The notes: generated from the letters alone by a model not told the origin. A stretch of DNA of 64,000 nt from Trueperaceae bacterium (GCA_965213925.1 OZ243927.1:2208001-2272000), one strand, 5' to 3'. Shown: positions 19,689-30,071, counted from the first letter of the stretch. Numbers and translations: made by a program.

Positions 19689-20927
19689 TTAGGTAACCCT
19701 GAGTATAACGCGGTGCGCCTCGTCTGCGTAAGGAAAGTCTGTTTTAGCGATTTGCGCCGCTAAAACAGGGTCGGGTACGGCGTCTTGCCTTGTTCGGTTG
19801 CGGACGAAGAGGTCGGTGACAGAAGGTTGCAGCGCTACGAGCGTCGTCAGCGCGCCGTAGTCGAAACCGAGAGCTAAGACCGCGCTGCGCTGGTTTCTAG
19901 TCAAACTCGTTGCGTCCCATACAACCTGCTCTTTATTACGTAAATGCGCTTTTAGCTGCGCCTTCGCGTTCTGCAATACCTGACCGTTCTTGCTCTGGTC
20001 GCCGCGCTCGCCCGTCAGGTTTTCGCGGATATCGTCGAGTGAAATAACGTGGAACTCCGGCAGATGCTCCGCTATCCAACTGCTCTTACCCGCGCCGCTC
20101 GGACCGCACATGACGGCGAGGTGTGCGAACCCCTCACGGAAAGGGTAGCCCCGCGCCACTGCTTCGTGCGGCGTAGAGATGAGCCCCGCCTCTGCGTCTA
20201 AAATGCCTCTTTGCAGCGTGACCTCGCGTGTTTTTAGGTCGAACGTATTCATTTCGGCGTCTACGACCTCTTGCCAGTGCGCGTAGGGGTCGCTCACGCT
20301 CACCTTCCAAACGCCGACCTCTTGCGCGAGGAGCTTGAACAGCTCCAGCGTATCCAACTGCTCCTCTAAATCTTTCGCTAAGCGACCCCTCAAGTCGGCG
20401 CGCTCGAGCCAGTACACCAGTTCCAAATCTACGAGCCGCGCTAGACGTCTATACGCAGAGTCGGGCGCGTCGTTCATCACCAACCGCTTAGGGTCATGAT
20501 GGTGTCCGACGAGCGCCATCACACCGTTTATTTCAGCAGGGGAGAGGTCAAGCTCAGGCAGTCGGTATGCCAAATATGAGCGTCCTCTATCCGCGTGGCG
20601 CGGCGAGACGGTGCGCTCTTGACCCCCAATCAAGCTGGTGCGCGTCGTCAAGGGTTTACCGGTGTCGTGGAGCATCGCGCCCAGGACAAGGATGGTGCGT
20701 TTTTCGGGAGAGAGGTGCGCGGCTTCAGTTTGGAGGAGGTTGTAGACTTGCCCCAACACCAACGCTGTATGAGTCTCTACGTTCCCTTCGCCGTGCCACT
20801 TGGGGTCTTGCGGCGTAGCGTGCAACTCGCCGAGTAGAGGGAATACAGCGCCCAACACCTCTTTGAACGTCTGAAAGTCCGGCGTTTTACCCTGTTTGAT
20901 AGCGTCGATGAGTAATGCTGGTGTCAC
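19689..20927 (-). CDS. HD-domain phosphoesterase fused to polynucleotide kinase (HD-Pnk-like)
   Basis: N-terminal H.EG.V..H, LHDTGK, HADRG, HHH, AD..G; C-terminal P-loop GPSGAGKS, SLDDIR, VWDATS. Confidence 0.88.
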   Translation of the reverse strand: MTPALLIDAIKQGKTPDFQTFKEVLGAVFPLLGELHATPQDPKWHGEGNVETHTALVLGQVYNLLQTEAAHLSPEKRTILVLGAMLHDTGKPLTTRTSLIGGQERTVSPRHADRGRSYLAYRLPELDLSPAEINGVMALVGHHHDPKRLVMNDAPDSAYRRLARLVDLELVYWLERADLRGRLAKDLEEQLDTLELFKLLAQEVGVWKVSVSDPYAHWQEVVDAEMNTFDLKTREVTLQRGILDAEAGLISTPHEAVARGYPFREGFAHLAVMCGPSGAGKSSWIAEHLPEFHVISLDDIRENLTGERGDQSKNGQVLQNAKAQLKAHLRNKEQVVWDATSLTRNQRSAVLALGFDYGALTTLVALQPSVTDLFVRNRTRQDAVPDPVLAAQIAKTDFPYADEAHRVILRVT

Positions 20928-20932
20928 AGAAG

Positions 20933-21562
20933 TTACGTTTCCCTAAGTTTGTTCGGCACGACCGCGCGGTGCATCCAGTGTTCATCCGTCTGCACGTGGC
21001 TCGCTCTCACCCACTTGGCGACGGAACGCCCGAACGCACCGTAAGAGAAAGAGGTTGCCAATCTGACGACGTAGCCTTCTTGCTTTGTGGGGTCTAAGCT
21101 CACGGATTTTAAGACCTCTTCATTCCATAGTCCTTGGTAGAAAACACGGGGCAGCTCGAGCCCCAACCGCGCTGCCCAACGCCTCGTGTCGTCCCAAGTC
21201 AGACACTGGTTCGACTCATCCCATACCGAAAAGAGAATGAAGTAGCTCGGCAAGTCCTCATAGTGAAGCGAATGCTGCGCGTAGAGGTTCTCGCCGCAGA
21301 GCCGCCAACCACTCGGGATGTCGTGGGCGACCCTAGCGTGCAGGGCTTTAATCCAGGTTCTGGAGGGGTGATGCTTAGAGTTCAAGCTGCGCGCGTGCAA
21401 ACCGTCGGAATAGAGTGTCGTATTCTCGCCGTCGTATTTCTCAGTGATAATGACTTCTCGACCTCCGAAAGCGTACGTGTCCACGAGGTAGGTGTCACCG
21501 CCCGATGCGCCCGGCGACCAGGGAAGATGCGGCGTGCGCGGGTATTTGTAGCGTTGTGTCAT
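20933..21562 (-). CDS. ATP-dependent RNA ligase family nucleotidyltransferase
   Basis: KYPRTPHLPWS, motif I EKYDGEN, motif III GEN, IIIa FILFSV, IV EGYVVR, V AKWV; ATG at 21562 preferred. Confidence 0.88.
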   Translation of the reverse strand: MTQRYKYPRTPHLPWSPGASGGDTYLVDTYAFGGREVIITEKYDGENTTLYSDGLHARSLNSKHHPSRTWIKALHARVAHDIPSGWRLCGENLYAQHSLHYEDLPSYFILFSVWDESNQCLTWDDTRRWAARLGLELPRVFYQGLWNEEVLKSVSLDPTKQEGYVVRLATSFSYGAFGRSVAKWVRASHVQTDEHWMHRAVVPNKLRET

Positions 21563-21659
21563 GGGATGACCTCTAAAAGGAACGGTGCAAAGAGATAAAC
21601 TCACTGCTTGTGAAGTCGGCGCATTGAGCGCTTTAGACGCTCAACATGCAGCCCCGAGT

Positions 21660-22601
21660 TCACTTCAACCAGAATTTGTCATGGGGTAGCGGGTTTCCGG
21701 CGGTGTAGGCGTCTAGCTCGAACACGCCGAGTATCTCCATCACCCGCCGCTCCTCCTCCGGCGTCACCTTGTCCTGCCACTTCTTGATGAGGTAGTCGCG
21801 TTCGTACGCGCCGCTGAGCATCTGCTGCGTTTTCTCATCTGACTTGTACGTCGACTTGGACCTCACGTGAAGTTGCTCTTCCATGAGGTGCGGCGCGGGC
21901 AGCTCGAGCTTGCACGCGAGTTCTCTAAGCACCGGGGCGGGGTCTACAACGAGCTGTTCGTAAGAAGCGACGACCCAGTCGTCCGCTGCGTGTTTGAGGG
22001 GCACGGCCATCTGAAAACACCACGACAGCGTCGCGCGTTCGAGGTGCGACCCCGAGCGAACGATCTTTTCGGCGAACGCCAACTGCTGGTCCGTAAAGTG
22101 CTCTTTATAGTCGCTCGTCATAAAGGCGTCTAAGCGCCACAGCTCTTTGCGCGAAAGGCTCACCGCGATGGGGTGTCGCAGCAACAGAACGACGCGCCCA
22201 TTAAAGGTGTCGCGAAACCAGTTAATCCTATCCTCGCCGCCGTGAAGCATTTTGAAGACGATGCGCCGCGTCAGGAAGCGGTAGTGCTTGTTGTGCCGGA
22301 AGTTCGTGTCCTTAAAGTGCAGCTTGCCGCTGCATATATCCCCGAAGTAAGCCTGCAGCGCCGCTTCTGCTCGCTCACCGTGGAGCCCTTGCCAACTGCT
22401 GATTCCTAAACGGTCTCTGATTCGCTTCTGTTTGAGGTTGAGCGGCTCGTCGATCGCCTTGAAGGTCGGCTGACTTAAAACAAGCTCCGCGAGCCAGGTC
22501 GAGCCGCCGCGCGGCATGGCGAAGACGAAGACGTTAGGCGAACCGTCAGGTCTGTGAATATTCATGGCGGACTTTACAAGGCGTTTCAACGTTTCGTTCA
22601 T
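21660..22601 (-). CDS. Sulfotransferase-family protein (paralog 1)
   Basis: PRGGSTW 5'-PSB-like loop, LRHP...S 3'-PB motif, YEQLV.DP; ATG at 22601 gives 313 aa, same length as the neighbouring paralog. Confidence 0.8.
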   Translation of the reverse strand: MNETLKRLVKSAMNIHRPDGSPNVFVFAMPRGGSTWLAELVLSQPTFKAIDEPLNLKQKRIRDRLGISSWQGLHGERAEAALQAYFGDICSGKLHFKDTNFRHNKHYRFLTRRIVFKMLHGGEDRINWFRDTFNGRVVLLLRHPIAVSLSRKELWRLDAFMTSDYKEHFTDQQLAFAEKIVRSGSHLERATLSWCFQMAVPLKHAADDWVVASYEQLVVDPAPVLRELACKLELPAPHLMEEQLHVRSKSTYKSDEKTQQMLSGAYERDYLIKKWQDKVTPEEERRVMEILGVFELDAYTAGNPLPHDKFWLK

Positions 22602-22887
22602 GATCACCGTTCTATTCATAAGGTCGTGGTTTCGGCAACCGCTACAAACTCTCGGCTGAGCCGTTTGGTCTAAGCCGGAAGACGCGGCGCGCGTGCAGCA
22701 GCCAACGTCACCACTGAGCTTGTACCGCGCGGACATCAGCTTCTGATGCGCGCGGGCGTCCTCTCAAGCGATAGCTCAAACCAGATCTTACTCGCCAGGG
22801 TGCTCTTTGCGCTCGTAATTTGCTCACGCTTAGCGGCGGGACGTTGCCGCTGAGCCGCGCAGCCCTACTCGTGGCGCAGCTAAACGC

Positions 22888-23829
22888 CTACCGTATCCAG
22901 AGTCGCCGATTGGGTAAGGCGTCGCCGGCGCTATAGGTATCTAGCTCGAAGCAGGCGAGTATCTCCATCACCCGCCGCTCCTCCTCCGGCGTCACCTTGT
23001 CCTGCCACTTCTTGATGAGGTAGTCGCGTTCGTACGCGCCGCTGAGCATCTGCTGCGTCTTCTCGTCTGACTTATAGGTTGAGTTAGAGGCGACGTGTAG
23101 CTGCTCTTCCATGAGGTGCAGCGCGGGCAGCTCGAGCTTGCGCGCGAGTTCTCTAAGCACCGGGGCGGGGTCTACGACGAGCTGCTCGTAAGAGATCACC
23201 GCCCAGTCATCCGTCATCTGTTTGAGCGGCACCGCGACCTCGAAGCACCAGTGCAGCGTCGCGCGTTCGAGGTGCGACCCCGAGCGGACGATCTTTTCGG
23301 CGAACGCCAACTGCTGGTTCGTAAAGTGCTCTTTATAGTCGCTCGTCATAAAGGCGTCTAAGCGCCACAGCTCTTTGCGCGAAAGGCTCACCGCGATAGG
23401 ATGACGGACTAAAAACACGATGCGCCCATTAAAGGTGTCGCGAAACCAGTTGATCCTGTCGCCGCCGCCGCGAAGCATTTTGAAGACGATGCGCCGCGTC
23501 AGGAAGCGGTAGTGCTTGTTGTGCCGGAAGTTCGTGTCCTTAAAGTGCAGCTTGCCGCTGCATATACCCTCAAAATAGGTGTGTAGCGCCGCCGTTGCCG
23601 ACTCGTCGTAGAGCGCTTGCCAACTATAAATGCCGGAGCGGTTTCTGATCTTTTCGTATTCGAGGTTGAGCGGCTCGTCGATCGCCTTGAAGGTCGGCTG
23701 ACTCAAAATAAGCTCCGCGAGCCAAGTCGAGCCGCCGCGCGGCGTCGCGAAAACGAAGACGTTGGGCGAACCGTCGGGTTTATGGAGATTTGTTGCGAAC
23801 TTGATGAAATTTTTGAGAGGCTCTTGCAT
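22888..23829 (-). CDS. Sulfotransferase-family protein (paralog 2)
   Basis: Same motifs; long nucleotide-identical blocks with paralog 1. Confidence 0.8.
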   Translation of the reverse strand: MQEPLKNFIKFATNLHKPDGSPNVFVFATPRGGSTWLAELILSQPTFKAIDEPLNLEYEKIRNRSGIYSWQALYDESATAALHTYFEGICSGKLHFKDTNFRHNKHYRFLTRRIVFKMLRGGGDRINWFRDTFNGRIVFLVRHPIAVSLSRKELWRLDAFMTSDYKEHFTNQQLAFAEKIVRSGSHLERATLHWCFEVAVPLKQMTDDWAVISYEQLVVDPAPVLRELARKLELPALHLMEEQLHVASNSTYKSDEKTQQMLSGAYERDYLIKKWQDKVTPEEERRVMEILACFELDTYSAGDALPNRRLWIR

Positions 23830-24183
23830 GACGTATGGCTCCGTTGATCGGCTACGTGGTTTCTCACATGACCGCTAGATTAGATAAAGCTTACCTCGAG
23901 CCGCCCGGCTAAAATTCTCACTGCGCACAGCCGCGCGCTTTCCCTGTAGAACCTCTGCCGAGGGTAAAACCGCGCTAAACCTGTGTGGGAGGCAGTCGAG
24001 CAGCGTACGCGTCAGGGGATACTTTTGTATTCCCGATTTAGATTAAAGCGAGGTTAAGACGAAACATGACTTTGCCTCACAGACTTCACCGCCTTCATGA
24101 GAGAGACTCATAGCGGGTGGGTAAGCTTATAGCTAAGATTGCAGGGCTATCCCTAAATAGGACAATCTAAGAGGAGTGACATA

Positions 24184-25944
24184 GTGAACGCGAGACGACT
24201 ATTTCTTTCGCTAGGCGTGATGGCGCTGCTAGGTTTCGGCGCGTTTAGTGTGGTCGGAACGGGCGCAGTTACCGCGCAACAAACGGGCGGCCAGAGCGGC
24301 GAACAGACGAGCGCGCAGAGCACGTCGCCGGACGGCGGGCTTTTGGAGTACGAGCAGAATACAGTCAGTGTGGTCGAAGAGTATGGTCCGAGCGTGGTGT
24401 CGGTCAACGTGACCGCGCGGGGGCAGCAGGTCACCAACCCTTCACTGCCCGAGAACCTGCCCGATGACTTTTTAGAGCAGCTCCCCCCGCAGTTCCGCGA
24501 GTTTTTTGACCAGCTTCCGGGGCAGCCTGGGCAGGGTCAGCAGCCGCAACAGCCGCAGCCCGTCGAGGGCGCAGGCAGTGGTTTCGTGATCGACGAGCAG
24601 GGGCGCATCATCACGAACTACCACGTGGTGCGCGCCGCCTTGCAAGACGGTAGCGTGAACCTCACCGAAGGTTCCGAAGTCACGGTGACGTTTCCCAGCA
24701 ACGACGAGGCGTACCCGGTGCGCGTCGTGGGCGCGAACGCGCTTTACGATCTGGCGCTTTTAGAACTGCAAAATCCTGACGAGTTGCCAGAGAGCGTCAC
24801 GAGCGTCCCGCCGATCCCCTTCGCCAACTCGGACGAGCTGAGTATCGGTCAGAAGTCCATCGCCATCGGCAACCCCTTCGGCTTTAACTCATCCGTGACC
24901 ATCGGCATCGTCTCGGGCGTGGGGCGCAGTTTGCCAGGTGTTGGCGAGGCGGACATTCCCCTGATCCAAACCGACGCGGCGATCAACCCCGGCAACTCGG
25001 GTGGTCCGCTTCTGAACTCGAGGGGTGAACTCATCGGCGTGAATACCGCCATCATCCCCGGGCAAGGCGGCGGTTTAGGACAGCGGGGCAACATCGGCAT
25101 CGGCTTCGCGGTGCCTAGCAACCTCTTGCAGAGCAGCTTGGCGCAGTTGGAGTCGGGCGGCGTCACCGACCTCTCGACGCGGGCGCGGCTCGGCGCGAGC
25201 ATCGCCAGCGTCGACGTCTACCCCGACAGCGTTCGCCAGGAGCTGAATTTGCCCGAAGAGGGCGTGGCGCTCCTAGAGGTTGCGCCGGGCAGCGCAGCCG
25301 AGAGAGCCGGCCTGCAGGGCGGTCAGTTCGAAGTCACGGTGGACGGTCAGCCCATCCCGGCGGGCGGCGACGTGATTCTCTCCGTAGACGGTCAAGAGGT
25401 CTCGAGTTCGGGTGAACTGCAGCGGCTTATCTTCGCGCAAGAGGAGGGCGACACCGTCGAGCTGCGCATCTGGCGCAACGGCGAAGAGATGACCGTGCCC
25501 GTCACGCTCTCCGTGGTGCCGCAGGAGAGGCAGGCGCAAGCGCCTCAAGAGGACACGGGCGGCGCAGCTGAGCAACCTTCGGGTCCGCGCCTAGGCGTCG
25601 GCATCTTCGACGTGCAAAACTATCCTGAAGGGGTGCGTAGCAGCTTAGGCTTGCCCGACCAAGGCGTCGCCGTGACCGCCGTGCAGCCGGGCAGCCCTGC
25701 CGAGCAAGCCGGGCTGCAAGCGGGCGAATTCACAGTCGACATAGACGGTGAAGCTGTGCCCGTGGGCGGCGACATCATCCTCGCGGTGAACGGTCAAGAG
25801 GTGACGACGCCGCAGGAGCTTCAGCAGGTCATCTCGAGCCAAAGCGCAGGCGACACGGTCGACTTGAGAATCTTACGCGACGGCGAAGAGCAAACGGTCC
25901 AAGCGACGCTCGCCGCACCCGAGGGTCAGGGCGGCAATAACTAA
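24184..25944 (+). CDS. htrA: HtrA/DegP-family serine protease with two PDZ domains
   Basis: Signal peptide, ITNYHV, DLA, IQTDAAINPGNSGGPL, two PDZ repeats. Confidence 0.92.
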   Translation: MNARRLFLSLGVMALLGFGAFSVVGTGAVTAQQTGGQSGEQTSAQSTSPDGGLLEYEQNTVSVVEEYGPSVVSVNVTARGQQVTNPSLPENLPDDFLEQLPPQFREFFDQLPGQPGQGQQPQQPQPVEGAGSGFVIDEQGRIITNYHVVRAALQDGSVNLTEGSEVTVTFPSNDEAYPVRVVGANALYDLALLELQNPDELPESVTSVPPIPFANSDELSIGQKSIAIGNPFGFNSSVTIGIVSGVGRSLPGVGEADIPLIQTDAAINPGNSGGPLLNSRGELIGVNTAIIPGQGGGLGQRGNIGIGFAVPSNLLQSSLAQLESGGVTDLSTRARLGASIASVDVYPDSVRQELNLPEEGVALLEVAPGSAAERAGLQGGQFEVTVDGQPIPAGGDVILSVDGQEVSSSGELQRLIFAQEEGDTVELRIWRNGEEMTVPVTLSVVPQERQAQAPQEDTGGAAEQPSGPRLGVGIFDVQNYPEGVRSSLGLPDQGVAVTAVQPGSPAEQAGLQAGEFTVDIDGEAVPVGGDIILAVNGQEVTTPQELQQVISSQSAGDTVDLRILRDGEEQTVQATLAAPEGQGGNN

Positions 25945-25969
25945 GTCCAGATTCTTGTGTAGGTCAAAG

Positions 25970-25994
25970 AGGGGCGCACCGCCGGTGCGTCCCT
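25970..25994. terminator. Intrinsic terminator hairpin between convergent genes
   Basis: AGGGGCGCACC-GCC-GGTGCGTCCCT followed by a T run. Confidence 0.65.
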
Positions 25995-26586
25995 ATTTTT
26001 GTGCTTCCACTTGCGTCACCGCGTAGATGCGAGTGTCGCGCAAGGAGCCGTCTACGCCCCTCGAGTAGCGCCTCAAAACGCCCTCGAGCCCGTACCCGCA
26101 CCGCTCCGCGACTCGCGCGCTTCGCTCGTTTTCATCGTCGCACTGAATCTCGACCCTCGCCGCCCCGAAGTCCTCCAAAGCGAGTTTTGTCAGCGCACGA
26201 ACAGTCTCCGTCACGTAACCTTGTCCGGCTCTCGAAGTGCGGCACCAGTAGCCGATCTCGAACTTGGGTACCTTCCAGTCGATCCGGTGGAGGCCGCTGT
26301 TGCCGATATGCTCGCCCGTCTCCTTGTCGTGAAAGTGGTAGCGCAAGTTCTGACAGGTGATGAACTGGGCGACGGCGTCGCGGGTGTTCTCTTCGCAGCC
26401 TTCGCGCGAGTACACAGGCGTCGCCCAAGCCATCCAGGGTGAGAGTTCGCTGAGCGATTCGCGCACCGAGGTGTAGATCGCGTCCACGTCCTCCACGCGC
26501 GGTCGGCGGATGGTGAGGCGCTCGGTTTCTAAGCGTTCGGGCACTCGGGGAATCATCAGGCTACAAGTATAGGGTTTTTCGTTCAC
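25993..26586 (-). CDS. RimJ/RimL-type GNAT acetyltransferase
   Basis: LETERL.IR, FEIGYW, GQGYVTE, NERSARVAERCGY. Confidence 0.9.
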   Translation of the reverse strand: MNEKPYTCSLMIPRVPERLETERLTIRRPRVEDVDAIYTSVRESLSELSPWMAWATPVYSREGCEENTRDAVAQFITCQNLRYHFHDKETGEHIGNSGLHRIDWKVPKFEIGYWCRTSRAGQGYVTETVRALTKLALEDFGAARVEIQCDDENERSARVAERCGYGLEGVLRRYSRGVDGSLRDTRIYAVTQVEAQK

Positions 26587-26587
26587 A

Positions 26588-26718
26588 TAGCAGGTATCAT
26601 CTGGTCTGAGTGTACGTAGTTCTGCGAAGCAACACTCTCACTCTACAAAGCAGCGTTTAGCACGCACCTTATAAGATGATATCTGCGGCATTCTGTCTCA
26701 GTATGTTGTGGAACTGCT
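26588..26718 (+). mobile_element. Repeat family 1 copy D (diverged)
   Basis: TAGCAGGTATCATCT ... TTAGCACGCAC-N7-GATGATATCTGCG ... CTCAGT ... GAACTGCT. Confidence 0.8.
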
Positions 26719-26766
26719 TACATTCACACCCTTAGGGTTCATCTAGCGGTGGTAGAGTAGTCTCCT

Positions 26767-27693
26767 ATGGAGTTGACGGAAGGTCCCGCTAAAAATAAGG
26801 GCAGAACGCGCAAGGTCGGGCTTATTCTGAGCGGCGGCGGCGCGCGGGGCTTCGCGCATATCGGCGTGTTGCGCGTGTTGGAGCGGGCGAATATCCACGT
26901 GGACGTGGTCGCGGGAACGTCTATCGGCGCGATCTTAGGGGCGCTCTACGCGAGCGGCTACAGCGCCGACGAGATCGCCGATCTATCCAAGTCGGTCTCG
27001 TGGCGTCATCTCCTGGACTTCTCCATGCAAGCGGGTCTCCTCAAGGGCGAAAAGCTCCACGACCTCTTGGCGCTGCACCTGCCCGCCGACTTCAGCGCGC
27101 TAAAGAAGCCGCTCGCGATTGCGACGACGGACGTGGAGACGGGCGACGAGGTCTTCATCTTAGAAGGCGACCTGGTGACGGCGGTGCGGGCGTCTAGCTG
27201 CTACCCCGGCGCGTTCGAGCCCGTGAATTTCAACGGGCGGATGCTGGCGGACGGCGGCATCGTGAATAATTTGCCCGTGAACGCGGTCGCCTTTTTAGGC
27301 GCGAACTACGCGGTCGCCAGCGACGCCACCGCGCCGCGCCGCGCCGCCTTTTCGGACCCCCCGGGCGACGAGAACTGGTGGCGGCGGATGACGGCGACGA
27401 TCAAGCTCGAGCGCCGCAGCCTCATGGCGCAGATGGTTTTGCGCTCTACGGACATCATGCAGAGCATCCTGACCGAAATCCAGTACAACATGCACCCCGC
27501 CGACGTGCGGGTGCAACACGCCATGCCCCACGTGCGCGTCGAGTCGTTCTGGGCCTTCGACGAAATCGTAGCGCTCGGCGAGTGGGAAGCGATGCGCGTT
27601 CTCGGCCAGGCGGGCTTGCTCTCTGAAGAGGTCATCGAGGCGTACACGCCACCCGAAGGGATACCTAAGCACCTCGCTATGAATATGAAGTAG
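26767..27693 (+). CDS. Patatin-like phospholipase
   Basis: GGGARG, GTSIG, DGG motifs. Confidence 0.92.
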   Translation: MELTEGPAKNKGRTRKVGLILSGGGARGFAHIGVLRVLERANIHVDVVAGTSIGAILGALYASGYSADEIADLSKSVSWRHLLDFSMQAGLLKGEKLHDLLALHLPADFSALKKPLAIATTDVETGDEVFILEGDLVTAVRASSCYPGAFEPVNFNGRMLADGGIVNNLPVNAVAFLGANYAVASDATAPRRAAFSDPPGDENWWRRMTATIKLERRSLMAQMVLRSTDIMQSILTEIQYNMHPADVRVQHAMPHVRVESFWAFDEIVALGEWEAMRVLGQAGLLSEEVIEAYTPPEGIPKHLAMNMK

Positions 27694-27896
27694 GTGCAGC
27701 AAAACCCAGCGTGCGTCAAGTCTGCACCAAAATTCCACATCGTTAAGAAAGAATCCAACCATGAATTCAGCAACAATCTCCCTTTCAACCTACCGCGCCA
27801 CGCCGCACCTCGGCACCGCACCTGTCGCCCCATTTGCAAGTGCTCACGTAGCCCTAGCCGAAGGAGCCGTCAACGCGAAGGGGTACACTACACGTT

Positions 27897-28808
27897 ATGG
27901 CAACTGAAGCGACCGCACCTGAACAGTCGGGTGAAAAACCAGCAAAAAAAACCGCCTCTCAGCGCTTTTGGGCAGAAGTCCGGGGCTACGCCGAAGCGCT
28001 CGTCGTGGCGTTTCTCATCGTCACCTTCATCTTTACGACAGTGGGCGTCGTGGGCCGCTCGATGCGCCCGAACTTAGACGGCGGCAGCGGCAGGCTCCCC
28101 CAGTCGCTCTTCACGGGCGACAGGGTGTTTATTCCTAAATACGACACCTGGCTGAGGCGCGCTGGAATTTTAGGACCGTATGAGCGCGGCGATATCGTGG
28201 TGGTCCGCGAGCCCGCCAACTCGCCTAACTCGCAGCGTTCGGGGCGGCGCAGCTTCTTCATTAAGCGCGTCATCGGTGTGCCGGGCGACCACCTCTACAT
28301 TCAAGAGGGGCAGGTCTACGTCAACGGCGAAGCGCTCGACCAGAGCTTTATCACCGAGAGCGGCGAGATTCGCCCCGAGCCCATCACCTTTCCGGTCGTC
28401 GAGGCGAATAACGGCGAGGTGACGGACTTTCAGGGGCTCATCTCCGGCACCTTCGAGGGCGGCTTGGGCGGTTTGGAGCCCGCTCCCGTCAGCAACCCCG
28501 AGACGCAGTTCTTTTATGGCGGCACCGTAGACGCCCTCGCCCCGATTCCGGCGGACGCGCCCGAAGGCGAGCCCTTTCTGCACGAACTCATCGTCCCCGA
28601 AGGTCACTACTTCATCATGGGCGACAACCGCTCGCCCGGCGGCAGCGAGGACTCGCGCTACTTTGGACCGATCGACAGCATCGCCGTGGCGGGTCAGGCG
28701 AGCGCCGTGATTTGGCCGCCGCGCCGCGACGGTGAGTGGAACTGGCGTCTTTTAAGCTCGCCCGAAGCGTTTGAAGAGATTCCAAACGAGCCGCGGGGGA
28801 GCAACTAA
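27897..28808 (+). CDS. lepB: Signal peptidase I
   Basis: TM segment, SMRPNL, FIKRVIGVPGD, GDNR...SEDSRYFG. Confidence 0.93.
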   Translation: MATEATAPEQSGEKPAKKTASQRFWAEVRGYAEALVVAFLIVTFIFTTVGVVGRSMRPNLDGGSGRLPQSLFTGDRVFIPKYDTWLRRAGILGPYERGDIVVVREPANSPNSQRSGRRSFFIKRVIGVPGDHLYIQEGQVYVNGEALDQSFITESGEIRPEPITFPVVEANNGEVTDFQGLISGTFEGGLGGLEPAPVSNPETQFFYGGTVDALAPIPADAPEGEPFLHELIVPEGHYFIMGDNRSPGGSEDSRYFGPIDSIAVAGQASAVIWPPRRDGEWNWRLLSSPEAFEEIPNEPRGSN

Positions 28809-28843
28809 ACCAACGAAACAGGGTGAAATAGTGTGATTCGCTA

Positions 28844-28879
28844 AGGGGCAGAGGTCGTGGTGACCTCTGCCCCTCTTTT
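28844..28879. terminator. Intrinsic terminator hairpin
   Basis: 13-bp perfect stem AGGGGCAGAGGTC/GACCTCTGCCCCT plus T run, between convergent genes. Confidence 0.75.
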
Positions 28880-28884
28880 ACGGG

Positions 28885-29463
28885 TTAGGCTAACCGCCCG
28901 TCAAGCCCCAACGTCTCGGCGTCGCGCTGCATCGCGGCGAGCACAAAGGCGACGTGCTCCCACAACTCAACGTCCAATTCCTCCGCGCCGCGCACCACAT
29001 CCTCACGGTTTACACCCTTGGCAAACGCTTTATCCTTAAATTTCTTTTTTAGACTCTTGAGCGTCTGATTGCGAATATCTTTGTCAGGGCGCACCAGCAC
29101 GGCGGCGGTAATGAGCCCCGTAATCTCGTCGCAGGCGTAGAGCGTCTTGGCTAGGAGCGTCTCGCGCGGCACACCCGTGTAGTCCGCATGTCCCATGATG
29201 GCGTCTGTAACGATGTCGGGATAGCCTCTCTCTTCAAGGTGCCTAACGCCAACATAAGGATGTCCTTCTTCGCTGGGTTCGGGGTACTTTTCGTAGTCGA
29301 AGTCGTGCAGGAGCGCGGCGGTGCGCCACAGCTCCTCGTTCTCGCCGAACTCGCGGGCGTAAGCGGCTGTGGCGCTCTCTACAGCGAGCATATGTTTGCG
29401 CAACGACTCGGACTCCGTCCACTCGGTCATAAGGGCGTAGGCGTCTTCTCTGGACACATCCAT
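28885..29463 (-). CDS. HDIG-domain metal-dependent phosphohydrolase
   Basis: KHMLAVE, LLHDFDYE, DEITG, KAFAKGVNR. Confidence 0.88.
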   Translation of the reverse strand: MDVSREDAYALMTEWTESESLRKHMLAVESATAAYAREFGENEELWRTAALLHDFDYEKYPEPSEEGHPYVGVRHLEERGYPDIVTDAIMGHADYTGVPRETLLAKTLYACDEITGLITAAVLVRPDKDIRNQTLKSLKKKFKDKAFAKGVNREDVVRGAEELDVELWEHVAFVLAAMQRDAETLGLDGRLA

Positions 29464-29552
29464 ACGCCCAGCTTACCAAGCACGACGGCGCACTGCGCAC
29501 TTTTAGAGCTACCGCGAAATGTCGGAGAGGCTCGGCGCGTAAACTGCGGCTT

Positions 29553-30071
29553 ATGAGACTTGGCCGCATCTTCGAGTGGATTCTGATACAGGTGCGTTGG
29601 CTGCTCCTCGCACCCGTTTTGGCGCTGATCGTCGGCGCGGGATTTCTATGCTACCGCACCGTCATGGACATCGTCTCGGCCTTCTATAAAACCAAACCTG
29701 AAGATTCTATCTCTGAGATTCTTAAAGCGGTGGATTCGGGGCTGCTCGCCGCTATTGTAATCATTGTTGCGCTAGGGCTGTACGAACTCTTCATCGACCG
29801 CATCGAGCCAGCGGACGACAAGACGCTCGGCTCGACCTTGAAAGTGGGCGACTTAGAGGGGCTTAAAAACCGCTTAGGCAAGGCGATCATCCTCGTTTTT
29901 ATCATCCGCTTTTTCGAGTACCTGACGCAGATTGAATTCAAAGAGTCGCTCGATCTGCTCATCTACGCTGGCGCGATTGCCCTCCTAGCGCTTACACTCT
30001 ACTTGATTCGCGACCTCAAACAAGACGATGATAAAGGAGACGAAGATGCAGCGAGAGGTTCAGACGGTTGA
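29553..30071 (+). CDS. YqhA (UPF0114) family membrane protein
   Basis: Four TM segments, GLYELFI and LK..LGK.I motifs. Confidence 0.75.
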   Translation: MRLGRIFEWILIQVRWLLLAPVLALIVGAGFLCYRTVMDIVSAFYKTKPEDSISEILKAVDSGLLAAIVIIVALGLYELFIDRIEPADDKTLGSTLKVGDLEGLKNRLGKAIILVFIIRFFEYLTQIEFKESLDLLIYAGAIALLALTLYLIRDLKQDDDKGDEDAARGSDG

